Source: Bacilli bacterium
Lineage (GTDB): Bacteria; Bacillota_I; Bacilli_A; RF39; UBA660
Reading direction: 5' to 3'
DNA: 64,000 nt
Assembly (NCBI GenBank): GCA_017432825.1
Contig: JAFRIJ010000011.1
Location: 34,591-98,590, forward strand
The translations under genes were made by a program, and so were the position numbers. This document shows positions 20,666-30,513 of this stretch, piece after piece. A model generated the notes under the pieces. It did no database searches. It was not told the DNA's origin and saw only the letters and a list, made by a program, of their open reading frames with translations. How positions within the stretch are numbered: the first letter of the stretch is position 1; the number at the start of each line of letters is the position of its first letter.

Positions 20666-22048
20666 TTATGCGCCTCCTATATTTATTTGTAATAATCTAT
20701 TTAATTCTACTGCATATTCCATTGGTAATTCTTCTCTAAACTCATTAACAAATCCTAATATTATTAATTCTTTAGCTGTTTCTTCAGATAAACCTCTAGA
20801 CATTAAATAAAACAGTTTATCTTCACTTATTTTACTTACTGTAGCTTCATGTTCTAATATTGACGTTTTATTATTAACTATATTATCTGGTATTGTATCA
20901 CTTTTAGATTCTTTATCTAGTAGAATTGTATCACATTTTACACTTGCTACTGAATTATGGGCTTCTTTCGATATAAATACTTTACCTCTATATGTTGCAT
21001 TTCCTCCGTTGGAAGCGATTGATTTAGATACAATATTACTTTTTGTATATGGAGCTAAGTGAATCATTTTAGCACCCGTATCTTGTATTTGTCCATTTCC
21101 TGCTCCTGCTACTGTAATGCAAGTTCCTCTTGCGTATGGTCCATTTAAAATACATGCTGGGTATTTCATGTTTGTTTTAGATCCTACATTGCCATCTATC
21201 CATTCCATTAATCCATTTTCTTCTACTAAGCATCTTTTTGTTACTAAATTATAAACATCACTTGACCAATTTTGAATAGTAGTATATCTACATTTGGCAT
21301 TCTTTTCTACAAATATTTCTACTACTGCTGCATGTAAGGCATCTTCTGTATAAGTTTTAGCAGTGCATCCTTCTATGTAATGTAGTTCACTATCTTCATC
21401 TACTATAATTAGTGTTCTTTCAAATTGTCCCATATTTTTACTATTTATTCTAAAATAACTTTGTAATGGTCTATCTAATTTAGTATGTGGTGGTATGTAT
21501 ATAAATGTTCCTCCACTCCATACTGCTCCATTTAAGGCTGTAAATTTGTTTTCGTTATATTTTACTAATTTATTGAAATACTTTTTAAATAACTCTGGAT
21601 ATTGTTTTAAAGCTGAATCTGTATCTAAAAAAATGATATTTTTTTCTTTTAATTCATTAATCATGTTGTGATATATTACTTCACTATCATATTGAGCTCC
21701 CATACCATCTAGATATTGTTTTTCTGCCTTTATTACTCCTAGATTATCAAATATATTTCTTACATCACAGGAAATATTATTCCAATCATCTGTTAGTTCT
21801 TCTTCTCTTTTTTTATAATAATTAATACTATCATAATCAATATTTATTTTTGGGCCAAAATTAGGTTCTTTACTTTGTTTAAAATATTCGAAAGCTTTCA
21901 ATCTAAATTCTAGCATCCATTCTGGTTCTTCTTTAATTGTTGATATGTTTTTTATATCATCTTTAGTTAATTTCATGTATATCACCTGACTAACTTTATT
22001 ATACATTAATATTTTAAAAATAAAAAGGGATTTTGTTATTGTATACAA
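20666..22048 (-). CDS. sufB: Fe-S cluster assembly protein SufB. The likely true start is the ATG at about 21976, which has an aggtga RBS.
   Basis: SufB/SufD-family conservation along the full length. The first 24 codons of the track ORF look like an over-extension. Confidence 0.8.
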   Translation of the reverse strand: MYTITKSLFIFKILMYNKVSQVIYMKLTKDDIKNISTIKEEPEWMLEFRLKAFEYFKQSKEPNFGPKINIDYDSINYYKKREEELTDDWNNISCDVRNIFDNLGVIKAEKQYLDGMGAQYDSEVIYHNMINELKEKNIIFLDTDSALKQYPELFKKYFNKLVKYNENKFTALNGAVWSGGTFIYIPPHTKLDRPLQSYFRINSKNMGQFERTLIIVDEDSELHYIEGCTAKTYTEDALHAAVVEIFVEKNAKCRYTTIQNWSSDVYNLVTKRCLVEENGLMEWIDGNVGSKTNMKYPACILNGPYARGTCITVAGAGNGQIQDTGAKMIHLAPYTKSNIVSKSIASNGGNATYRGKVFISKEAHNSVASVKCDTILLDKESKSDTIPDNIVNNKTSILEHEATVSKISEDKLFYLMSRGLSEETAKELIILGFVNEFREELPMEYAVELNRLLQINIGGA

Positions 22049-22055
22049 AATCTCT

Positions 22056-23246
22056 TTATTTTATATTAAATAATAAATATGCAATACAGAAGGAAAAGAC
22101 TAATATTATTATAAGTGCTAATAATAGTTGTGCAATATTAACAAATCCAGCGTTACTTTGATTTCTTTCTTGTATTTCTTTGGTTGTTAATAGTCTTTTA
22201 TAATTCTCTATATTTGTTTTTATGTTATTTAGCAACATATTATATGTATTTATATCTAGGTGATATTTAAATATAGTTGAGGCTATTTTTAATATCTTTT
22301 CTTCATTATTAATAATAAATGTTAATTTCTTTTCTACTTTATCATAATAATTGAATATTAGGGTTTCTGTCAATTCGTAGCGATTACATGTTATATCATT
22401 AAATGAAAACACATCATTGTTTTTTAATATTGTTGGAAATACATTATCAAATAATGGAGCAAAACTATATCTTTTTGTTTCTTTATCACATATTATTCCG
22501 TAGTCTTTAAAATTTCTTTCACTTTGATTAATTAAACTATCAAATATTAGCATTTCAAAATATTTTTGTTCTAATTTATTATAATCTTCTTCTAACATAC
22601 TAGGTAAACTTTTTAAGATATTTAATCCATAATTTATTGCAGTTATATAGTCTTCTTTGGTATTAGCTATTTTTAGATTATTACTTATATCTACCCATGG
22701 TTCTTTATTAATTCTTCCTGCATTGATTAGTTTGTTAAATCTTTTCTTTAAATTATCTACATCATAAAATTCATCATCATTTACTAGATCTTTGATTATT
22801 ATAGAATCTTTTTGTCTATTAGAATTATATAATCTATATTCTTCTACTAAATCAAATCCTAAGGCTTTACCGAATTGACATATTGCTATTTCTATATCAT
22901 CAACATTGGTATGTTTTTGATACCCTTTAAAACTATTTTCAACTAATACTTCTTCTTTTTCTGGATTAGTTATTGTTATACTTACTGGTTGTAGATAAAA
23001 ATTACTATTTTTATCAAATGTGGTTACATAATAATTCTTACCTTCTGGCAAAGGATTAGTGTTATTAATAGAAATTAGTAATCTATTTTGAAATTGATAA
23101 TATTCACATATATTAGTTACTTCATTTTTTATTTGTGATGTGTCTCTTGAATCATTTTGATATTTAGTAATTAATTCATTATATTGCATTCGTGTTAAAT
23201 TATAATTTCTACTTAATTCAGTTATCACGTTTAAATTATTATTCAT
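22056..23246 (-). CDS. HipA-like kinase-fold protein with a C-terminal TM anchor (tentative)
   Basis: GYQKH is P-loop-like. ...NQSERNFKDYGII... followed by ...YSFAPLFDNVFP resembles the HipA catalytic loop and the LAPAYD motif. A C-terminal hydrophobic helix is present. The similarity is weak. Confidence 0.35.
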   Translation of the reverse strand: MNNNLNVITELSRNYNLTRMQYNELITKYQNDSRDTSQIKNEVTNICEYYQFQNRLLISINNTNPLPEGKNYYVTTFDKNSNFYLQPVSITITNPEKEEVLVENSFKGYQKHTNVDDIEIAICQFGKALGFDLVEEYRLYNSNRQKDSIIIKDLVNDDEFYDVDNLKKRFNKLINAGRINKEPWVDISNNLKIANTKEDYITAINYGLNILKSLPSMLEEDYNKLEQKYFEMLIFDSLINQSERNFKDYGIICDKETKRYSFAPLFDNVFPTILKNNDVFSFNDITCNRYELTETLIFNYYDKVEKKLTFIINNEEKILKIASTIFKYHLDINTYNMLLNNIKTNIENYKRLLTTKEIQERNQSNAGFVNIAQLLLALIIILVFSFCIAYLLFNIK

Positions 23247-23326
23247 CTTATCACTATCCTATTATGTTAATTATATCATTAATTATTGTAAAAAAAAAGA
23301 AGAAATTGTAATAAAATCTCTTTTTT

Positions 23327-25420
23327 TTATATTTTAGTAATACTTCTATGATTTTTAATAAATTTCTTTACTCCTATTGGATGAGGAAAAGCTATAGTTA
23401 TAAGTGATTTGTCAATATTAACTACTACTCCTTCTCCATAATCTGTATGTTTTACATTGTCCCCTATTTCATAGTTAGTATTATTATTTAGCATTACTTC
23501 TTTTCTAAATTTATTTACTTTGCTAAATATTGATGTTGTTTGTTTATCTATTTCTAAGTATTTTGGATCTATTTCATCAATAAATCTACTTGGTGGATTG
23601 GCATTGGTTTGGCCATATAATAATCTTTTTTTGCAATTGATTATCCATAAATCTTTTTTTGCTCTTGTAATTGCAACGTAGCATAGTCTTCTTTCTTCTT
23701 CTATAGCATCGTTTGTTCCTTCATTTATGGAATTATAGTGAGGGAATATTCCCTCTTCCATTCCTATTATAAATACGTAGTCAAATTCTAATCCTTTAAC
23801 AGAATGTACTGTCATTAGGCTTACTTTATTAGTTTCATCGGTATGTTCAGTTACATCTGATACTAATGATATTTCATTTAAAAAGTCGTCTAATGATATT
23901 TCTCCATATTCATCTTCATAATTTTTTGTTATTGATTTAAATTCTTCTAAGTTTTCTAATCTTATTTCACTTTCTAGTGTTTTTTCTTTTAATAATTCTT
24001 CTTTAATTCCACTTTTATCTAATACTTCATCTACCATTTCTGTTAGAGATAAATTTTCACATGATTCTTGTAGAGCTAGAATTGTTTCTTTAAACTTTAA
24101 TTCTTTTCCACTATTAATAGCGTCAAATAGTGATATATTTTGAGCATCCGCTACAGCAGTTATATTACCAATAGTTTTATCTCCTATTCCTCTTTTAGGT
24201 ACATTTATTACTCTTGTTAAGCTTGAATCATCATTTGGGTTATTTATTAATCTTAAATAACATAATAAATCTTTTATTTCTTTTCTATTATAGAAATAAA
24301 AGCTACCAATTATTTTATAAGGAATGTTTGCTTTTAACATAGATTCTTCTATTGATCTGGATTGAGCATTTGTTCTATATAATATTGCTATATCGTCATA
24401 TGTTACATTATTATCTTTAATTATTTTTTTTATTTCTTCTGTAACAAATTCTCCTTCTTTTTTTTCATCATCTGTTTTAATATATTTTATTTTATTACCT
24501 ACTTCATTATTGCTCCATAGGTTTTTGTCTTTTCTTTGTTTATTGTGTTTAATTACTGAATTAGCAGCATTTAGTATGTTTTGTGTAGATCTATAATTTT
24601 CTTCAAGTAATATTATTTTACAATTTGGATAGTCTTTTTCAAAGTTTAATATGTTTTTATAGTTAGCTCCTCTAAAGGCATATATTGCTTGATCATTATC
24701 ACCTACTACAAATATATTTTTGTATTTATTTGCTAGCATTTTGCTAAATACGTACTGTGCTTCGTTAGTATCTTGATATTCATCTATTAATACATATCTA
24801 TATTTTTCTTGATAATTGTTTAATATATTACTACTTTCTTTAAAAAGTTTTATTGGTAATAATAGTAAATCATCAAAGTCTACTGAATTTCCTTTTTTTA
24901 ATTTTTTACAGTATTCTTTATATAATTCTACTATTTTATTATCAAATTCTATTTTGCTAAAATACTCTGGTTCAATTAATTCATTTTTAGCAGAACTAAT
25001 TTTATTTCTTATATCTTTTGCATTATAGTATTTAGGGTTCATGTTTAAATCTTTCATTAATTTTTTCACTACTGTAAGTGTATCATCATTATCCAAAATA
25101 ATAAAATTTTTGTTGTACCCTAGAAATTCATAGTTTTCTTTTAATATTTTTAATCCTAAGGAGTGAAAAGTTGAAATTTGAATATAATTAGCATCCGGCC
25201 CTATTAATTTTTTTACTCTTTCTTTCATTTCTTTAGCTGCTTTATTAGTAAATGTTATTGCTAATATATTAGCAGGTGATACATCATTTTCTATTAAATT
25301 TGCAATTCTTGATGTTAATACTTTTGTCTTTCCAGAACCTGCTCCTGCTAAAACAAGCATTGGTCCTTTATCATGTAGTACTGCTTCTTTTTGTTTGTCA
25401 TTTAAATTATCTATATTCAT
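23327..25420 (-). CDS. pcrA: ATP-dependent DNA helicase PcrA/UvrD
   Basis: Motif I GAGSGKT, UvrD helicase motifs, and the C-terminal PcrA Tudor-like tail. Confidence 0.9.
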   Translation of the reverse strand: MNIDNLNDKQKEAVLHDKGPMLVLAGAGSGKTKVLTSRIANLIENDVSPANILAITFTNKAAKEMKERVKKLIGPDANYIQISTFHSLGLKILKENYEFLGYNKNFIILDNDDTLTVVKKLMKDLNMNPKYYNAKDIRNKISSAKNELIEPEYFSKIEFDNKIVELYKEYCKKLKKGNSVDFDDLLLLPIKLFKESSNILNNYQEKYRYVLIDEYQDTNEAQYVFSKMLANKYKNIFVVGDNDQAIYAFRGANYKNILNFEKDYPNCKIILLEENYRSTQNILNAANSVIKHNKQRKDKNLWSNNEVGNKIKYIKTDDEKKEGEFVTEEIKKIIKDNNVTYDDIAILYRTNAQSRSIEESMLKANIPYKIIGSFYFYNRKEIKDLLCYLRLINNPNDDSSLTRVINVPKRGIGDKTIGNITAVADAQNISLFDAINSGKELKFKETILALQESCENLSLTEMVDEVLDKSGIKEELLKEKTLESEIRLENLEEFKSITKNYEDEYGEISLDDFLNEISLVSDVTEHTDETNKVSLMTVHSVKGLEFDYVFIIGMEEGIFPHYNSINEGTNDAIEEERRLCYVAITRAKKDLWIINCKKRLLYGQTNANPPSRFIDEIDPKYLEIDKQTTSIFSKVNKFRKEVMLNNNTNYEIGDNVKHTDYGEGVVVNIDKSLITIAFPHPIGVKKFIKNHRSITKI

Positions 25421-25453
25421 ATTCTACTCCTTACTAAACAAAGGAAAAAGTTA

Positions 25454-26560
25454 TTACATAACTTTTTCTTTAATTAAATTTGGTATTCTTTCATTTAAAT
25501 AAATTCCTATTTTTCTGTTTTCAATATTTTTTATTAATTCACTAGAAGATATTTCTATAAATGATGATTTAGTATAATTATAGCTATAATGTTTATCGTC
25601 ATAACTTATCAGTATGAAGTGTTCTTTGTTGTTATATATATTATTTATAAATAAATTATTTATTGTAACATCTAAATTAGGACAGTATTTTTCAAAAATT
25701 ATATCATAAATGATTCCTAATTCAATAGGTTTTATATTATTTATATCAATTATTTCTTGTGTTTTAATTAATATTTCTTTCACTATATTATTACTATAAT
25801 CTATATTTTTTAATGCTTTTTCTATTTTTTCTTCATTGTAATTATCTTTTATATAATTTATTTTTTTATCTAATTCTATATTATCGTTATATCCTATAAA
25901 ATTCTTTGTTCTAAAGTTTGCTTCAATTAATGGAATATCTTTTGTAATATCTGTTAGTATTGTATTATTATTAATTGTTATTATATTCTTTAAGTAGTCT
26001 ATTTTATTAACAGAAATTATATTACAGTCTATATTCATTATTCTACATAGATATAAGTATATTTTGGTAAATGATATGTTAGTTCCTTTTTTATTTTTAA
26101 TACATCCCCATATATTATTTATTGTATTTATTGCTTGTAAATTAAATGTTTCATTTTTATCCGGTAATATATTTATATCATAGCCTAATTTTTTACCTAA
26201 TGTAATATATAAATATCTAGATATTTCTAATTCATTTAAGTTAGGAGGAATATTGTTTATTATATCTAGTAATTCTAATTCTCCTTCTTTAAAAATATCA
26301 TATGAAACATATATATATCCATTTTTGTCATCTAACTTTTCTGAATAAGAATATTCTTTTCCATTATCTATTAGGTAATATATTACTTCTAGATTTGGAT
26401 TGCTAATGTCTACATTTATATATTTTACACTTGGTGTATTTTTTAGTTCTTTTATGTCTTCCATTGTTGATATACTCATTATTAGTGGGGATCTATTTTT
26501 CATATTATCACCATAATAATTATATAATAAATGTAAACAAAAATAAACACAATTAGACAT
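25454..26560 (-). CDS. Hypothetical protein, 368 aa. It may be a remnant or variant of a transglutaminase-like Cys-protease fold. The true start is probably an internal Met.
   Basis: ORF only. The segment IWGCIKNKKG...YLYLCRIMNIDCNIISV resembles the G-x-C core of transglutaminase-like proteins, but no matching His/Asp is evident. Confidence 0.35.
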   Translation of the reverse strand: MSNCVYFCLHLLYNYYGDNMKNRSPLIMSISTMEDIKELKNTPSVKYINVDISNPNLEVIYYLIDNGKEYSYSEKLDDKNGYIYVSYDIFKEGELELLDIINNIPPNLNELEISRYLYITLGKKLGYDINILPDKNETFNLQAINTINNIWGCIKNKKGTNISFTKIYLYLCRIMNIDCNIISVNKIDYLKNIITINNNTILTDITKDIPLIEANFRTKNFIGYNDNIELDKKINYIKDNYNEEKIEKALKNIDYSNNIVKEILIKTQEIIDINNIKPIELGIIYDIIFEKYCPNLDVTINNLFINNIYNNKEHFILISYDDKHYSYNYTKSSFIEISSSELIKNIENRKIGIYLNERIPNLIKEKVM

Positions 26561-26578
26561 TGTGTTTACATATTTATT

Positions 26579-27958
26579 TTATTTTTCTACTAAATAATCT
26601 ACTATTTTAGTTAGTTCCATTCCATGAGAGGCTTTTATTAAAACTATGTCATTTTCTTTTAATATTTTATCAATATTATCTATTACTTCTCTATAATTAT
26701 TATATAAATATACGCTGTTTATACTTAATTTGTTATTTAGAGCTTCTTCTTTTATGTATTTGGAATTATTACCTACTGCTATTAAGATATCTAAAATATT
26801 ATTATTAATATATTTACCTATTTTTCTATGTATTTCTTCTTCATAGCTACCTAATTCTAATATATCTCCTAAAATTGCTACTCTTCTTCTATTTTTTACT
26901 TTGCTTAAAATAGATAAGGAATTTAACATGGAATCTAAATTTGCATTATAGGTATCATCAATTATAGTAATATTATTCTTTATATCTTTTTTTTCTAATC
27001 TATGGGGACTTAATTTAAAGTTATTTATTCCTTCTATTATTTTTTTATTTTCTATATTTAATGATTTTCCTACGGAATACGCTACTAAAGCGTTATAGAT
27101 AAAGGCTTTGCTTCCAACATTAATATTTATTTTATTATTTTCTATTTCAAATGTGCTAGAAAAAATATTATCTTTTATATTAGTAGCATTGTAAGTACTT
27201 TTATTATTAATTCCTATTGTTACTAAATTATATTTATCTTTTAATATTGTTGCTTCTTTATTTAATAAATCGTTATCATTATTAATTATTAGAGTATTAT
27301 CTTTGGTTAATGGTTCTGTTATTTCTAATTTTGCTTTTAGTATATTTTCTCTTGAACCTAAATTACCTATATGTGCTGTACCTATATTGGTTATTACTGC
27401 TATTGTAGGCTTTACAATATTTGTTAATATAGATAATTCACCTAAGTGATTCATTCCCATTTCTGTTACTAGCACTTCTTCATCTTTTAGTTTTAATATT
27501 GTTAGAGGTAACCCTATATGATTATTCTCATTTCCTTCTGTTTTTAGAGTTTTATATTTTGTTTTTACTACTTCATATATTATATCTTTAGTACTTGTTT
27601 TCCCTACTGATCCTGTAACTGCTATTACGGGAATATTATATTTGCTTCTTTTGTATCTAGCTAATTCTTGTATACATTTAATTGTGTCATCTACTTTTAT
27701 TATTGTTTTATCTTTATATAGTGATAAATCTATGTTTTCATCTATATTATCTAATATGCAGCAAGCTGCTCCTTTATTTAGTGCTTCTTTATAAAAATTA
27801 TTTCCATCAAAGGTTTCTCCTTTTATTCCTAAATATATATCTCCTTTTTTTATTGTTCTTGTATCTTTAGAAAAATTATCTAATGAAAGATTTTCATCTC
27901 CTATTAATAATTTCCCATTTAATTTATTAATTATGTCTTTAACATATAATTTAAACAT
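26579..27958 (-). CDS. murF: UDP-N-acetylmuramoyl-tripeptide--D-alanyl-D-alanine ligase
   Basis: Mur ligase P-loop VIAVTGSVGKTSTKD and full-length MurF architecture. Confidence 0.85.
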   Translation of the reverse strand: MFKLYVKDIINKLNGKLLIGDENLSLDNFSKDTRTIKKGDIYLGIKGETFDGNNFYKEALNKGAACCILDNIDENIDLSLYKDKTIIKVDDTIKCIQELARYKRSKYNIPVIAVTGSVGKTSTKDIIYEVVKTKYKTLKTEGNENNHIGLPLTILKLKDEEVLVTEMGMNHLGELSILTNIVKPTIAVITNIGTAHIGNLGSRENILKAKLEITEPLTKDNTLIINNDNDLLNKEATILKDKYNLVTIGINNKSTYNATNIKDNIFSSTFEIENNKININVGSKAFIYNALVAYSVGKSLNIENKKIIEGINNFKLSPHRLEKKDIKNNITIIDDTYNANLDSMLNSLSILSKVKNRRRVAILGDILELGSYEEEIHRKIGKYINNNILDILIAVGNNSKYIKEEALNNKLSINSVYLYNNYREVIDNIDKILKENDIVLIKASHGMELTKIVDYLVEK

Positions 27959-28013
27959 ATTATCACCTCAGTTATTATTATACTATAATTTAATATAAAA
28001 AAGAAAAAGAATA

Positions 28014-30437
28014 TTATATTTTAGTTACTCTTTTTCTTGTTAATGTAATTATTGATGTTAATATTATTACTATAGAGATTATGATTGCTAAAGTTATGTT
28101 ACTTATTATATGGCTGTCACTGTATTGATCTTTTAGAATATTTATTGTGTAATCTTTTGTTGTTTTTGCTTCTGAAGTTACTGTAATAGTTATAATACTA
28201 TTATTTTTTAGTTTTTCATTTCCAGTAATTTTATATGTTGAAGATGAATCGTTTAATGTAACTTTTATATCTAATTTTTTATCATTCTTTATTGGCAAAT
28301 CATATATATATTTATCTTTTTGATAGTTTAATTCATATCCTTTTATTATTATACTTTTGATAGATGTATCATCAGATAATTTCTTTTTATTTGCAATTAC
28401 TACATATTTACATTTGTTTCCATCTTTTCCTGTTACAGTAATTGTTATAATATTTTCCCCTACTTTTAAATTAGATGGTTTATCTATTTCAATTTTAGAA
28501 TCTTTACTTGTAGGTATAGCAGATATATTTAAATCATTAACATCTCCATTTACTGTTACTTCATATTTAAATGTATCTTTATTAAATTTAATATTATAAT
28601 CATTTACTTCTAAATCAGTTAAACTTACATCTTCTTTTTCTGTATTTGTTTTGTTATCATTTTTATTATTATTTTTAGGTTTTTCTTGAGGTAATGGTCT
28701 TGTTACTGAAATGGTATATATTCTTTCTTCTCCTAATTCACTTGTTACTTTTATTTTAAATAAATTTAATCCATATGAAAGATGTTTATTACCTATATCT
28801 CCTTCTAATTTTTGTTGTTCGCTATTTTTAATTGCTTTTATTATTATATTTTCTTTATCTGTTGTTAGTGTATAATCTAATTTTTCTTTATTAAAGTTAG
28901 GTACTATTTTTTCAGTTTCTACAGATAAACTTTTTAAATAATTATCTTCATCCAATCTTCTAGTAATAGTAGCGGTATATGTTGTTTCGCCACATTTATT
29001 ACCTATAATTCTTATATTTGACGTTCCTTCTGATACTTGTGTTATCGTTAAATAATCATTTTCTATTTTACATGTTGCAACATTATTATTACTACTTACG
29101 CAAGATAAATCCCCTGCGTTTTCATTTGTTATTTTTACAACTAATTTTTTTCCATTTAATGGTGTTGTACCGTTTTGGGCTGATAATGATAGTTTATATA
29201 CTTTTGCTGTAAATCCAACTTCGTTATGTCCATTACTTTCTGTAAAAATTATTCTTGCATCTCCTGCTTTGTTTCCTGTTAATATTGAAATGCTTTTTCT
29301 ATATAAAGATGCATTCATTACTATATTTCTATCACTAATACTTTTTGTACTAATACTACCAAAATTAAATCCACTTACTATTATGCTGGCTCCAATACTA
29401 TTATTTTTTTCAATACATCCTTCTTTTGGAAACATTGTAAATGATGTAAATAATACTTCTAAGTTTAATTCTGTTTCTCCATATGTTGGACTTATTACTT
29501 TTACTATTGTTTGACCATCGTCTATTGGTCTTAGTATTAATTTTTTATCTTCGATACTACAACTTGCTATATTTGGATTATCTATAGTACAGGTTAATTC
29601 ATTATAATTTAGGGCACTTATTGGTATTTCACTATCATATGCTCCTCTATATGTTGTTAAGGATTGCTGTGATAATTTAGGCCTGTTATCTACAATTACT
29701 CTAGCTGTTTTAGATAAACTATTATCTTTAGTCGTTGCTGTAATTGTTGTTTCTCCTTGATTAATAGCGATTATTTTACCTGTTTCATCAACTGTTGCTA
29801 CACTGGTATTACTACTTGTCCAATTAAGATTTTGGTTTAGGATTATATTAGGACTAACTGTATAAATGATTCTTTCAGTCTCATTTGTTACAAGAGTTAT
29901 TTCTGTTTTGTTTAATTGTAGAGAGCTATAACTGCTGTTTAAATAATCATTTATTGTATCCAAATCTTCTATTGTAATACTATTATCTTTATTTATATCA
30001 ATCGCTTTTATTTCTATATCTGTTAGAGTTATTTCTTTATCTAAGTGCTTTTGTAATTTGTTTAAGTCTTCTATATTTACTATTCCATCTTTAGTAATAT
30101 CTCCGGTAATTATATTTGTGTATGTTCCTACTAAATTGTTAGCACTATTATATACTAAGGTTTTAGTTCCAGTATAGATATTTCCACTGGTTAATTCTAT
30201 ATCATTTTCATTTATTATTTTTAGGTAGCAATTATTTATGTCAAAATATTTTTTAAATAAATTAATACTAGTATTTGGAGATATATTGGTGATAGTATTA
30301 TTACTAATATTATATATATCTGTTTTAAATTCTATATTTGAAGCAAAAGTAAATTTTTTAATAGTAGATAGTAGTACTATTAAAAAAGTTAATATAAATA
30401 CTAATGAAACTAATATATTTGTTCTTTTCTTTTTCAT
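28014..30437 (-). CDS. Large surface protein carrying an N-proximal type-I dockerin module, Big_2 Ig-like domains, three cadherin-like beta-sandwich repeats and a C-terminal TM anchor
   Basis: Dockerin F-hand pair GDITKDGIVNIEDLNKLQKHL ... DINKDNSITIEDLDTINDYL. Cadherin-like repeats begin DNYLKSLSVETEKIVPNF, VSLTDLEVNDYNIKFNKD and DTSIKSIIIKGYELNYQKD. The C-terminal hydrophobic helix is followed by RKRVTKI. Confidence 0.6.
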   Translation of the reverse strand: MKKKRTNILVSLVFILTFLIVLLSTIKKFTFASNIEFKTDIYNISNNTITNISPNTSINLFKKYFDINNCYLKIINENDIELTSGNIYTGTKTLVYNSANNLVGTYTNIITGDITKDGIVNIEDLNKLQKHLDKEITLTDIEIKAIDINKDNSITIEDLDTINDYLNSSYSSLQLNKTEITLVTNETERIIYTVSPNIILNQNLNWTSSNTSVATVDETGKIIAINQGETTITATTKDNSLSKTARVIVDNRPKLSQQSLTTYRGAYDSEIPISALNYNELTCTIDNPNIASCSIEDKKLILRPIDDGQTIVKVISPTYGETELNLEVLFTSFTMFPKEGCIEKNNSIGASIIVSGFNFGSISTKSISDRNIVMNASLYRKSISILTGNKAGDARIIFTESNGHNEVGFTAKVYKLSLSAQNGTTPLNGKKLVVKITNENAGDLSCVSSNNNVATCKIENDYLTITQVSEGTSNIRIIGNKCGETTYTATITRRLDEDNYLKSLSVETEKIVPNFNKEKLDYTLTTDKENIIIKAIKNSEQQKLEGDIGNKHLSYGLNLFKIKVTSELGEERIYTISVTRPLPQEKPKNNNKNDNKTNTEKEDVSLTDLEVNDYNIKFNKDTFKYEVTVNGDVNDLNISAIPTSKDSKIEIDKPSNLKVGENIITITVTGKDGNKCKYVVIANKKKLSDDTSIKSIIIKGYELNYQKDKYIYDLPIKNDKKLDIKVTLNDSSSTYKITGNEKLKNNSIITITVTSEAKTTKDYTINILKDQYSDSHIISNITLAIIISIVIILTSIITLTRKRVTKI

Positions 30438-30513
30438 TTTATCACTACCTTATGATACATAAATTATATCATAAGTTATTTTATTTTTAAATATATAAAT
30501 AGAAAAGAAGGAA

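Noticed and set aside
25454-26560. Possibility that the 368-aa ORF is a MurF-associated cell-wall enzyme
   Set aside because: No Mur ligase, transpeptidase or glycosyltransferase motifs are present, so it is kept as hypothetical.
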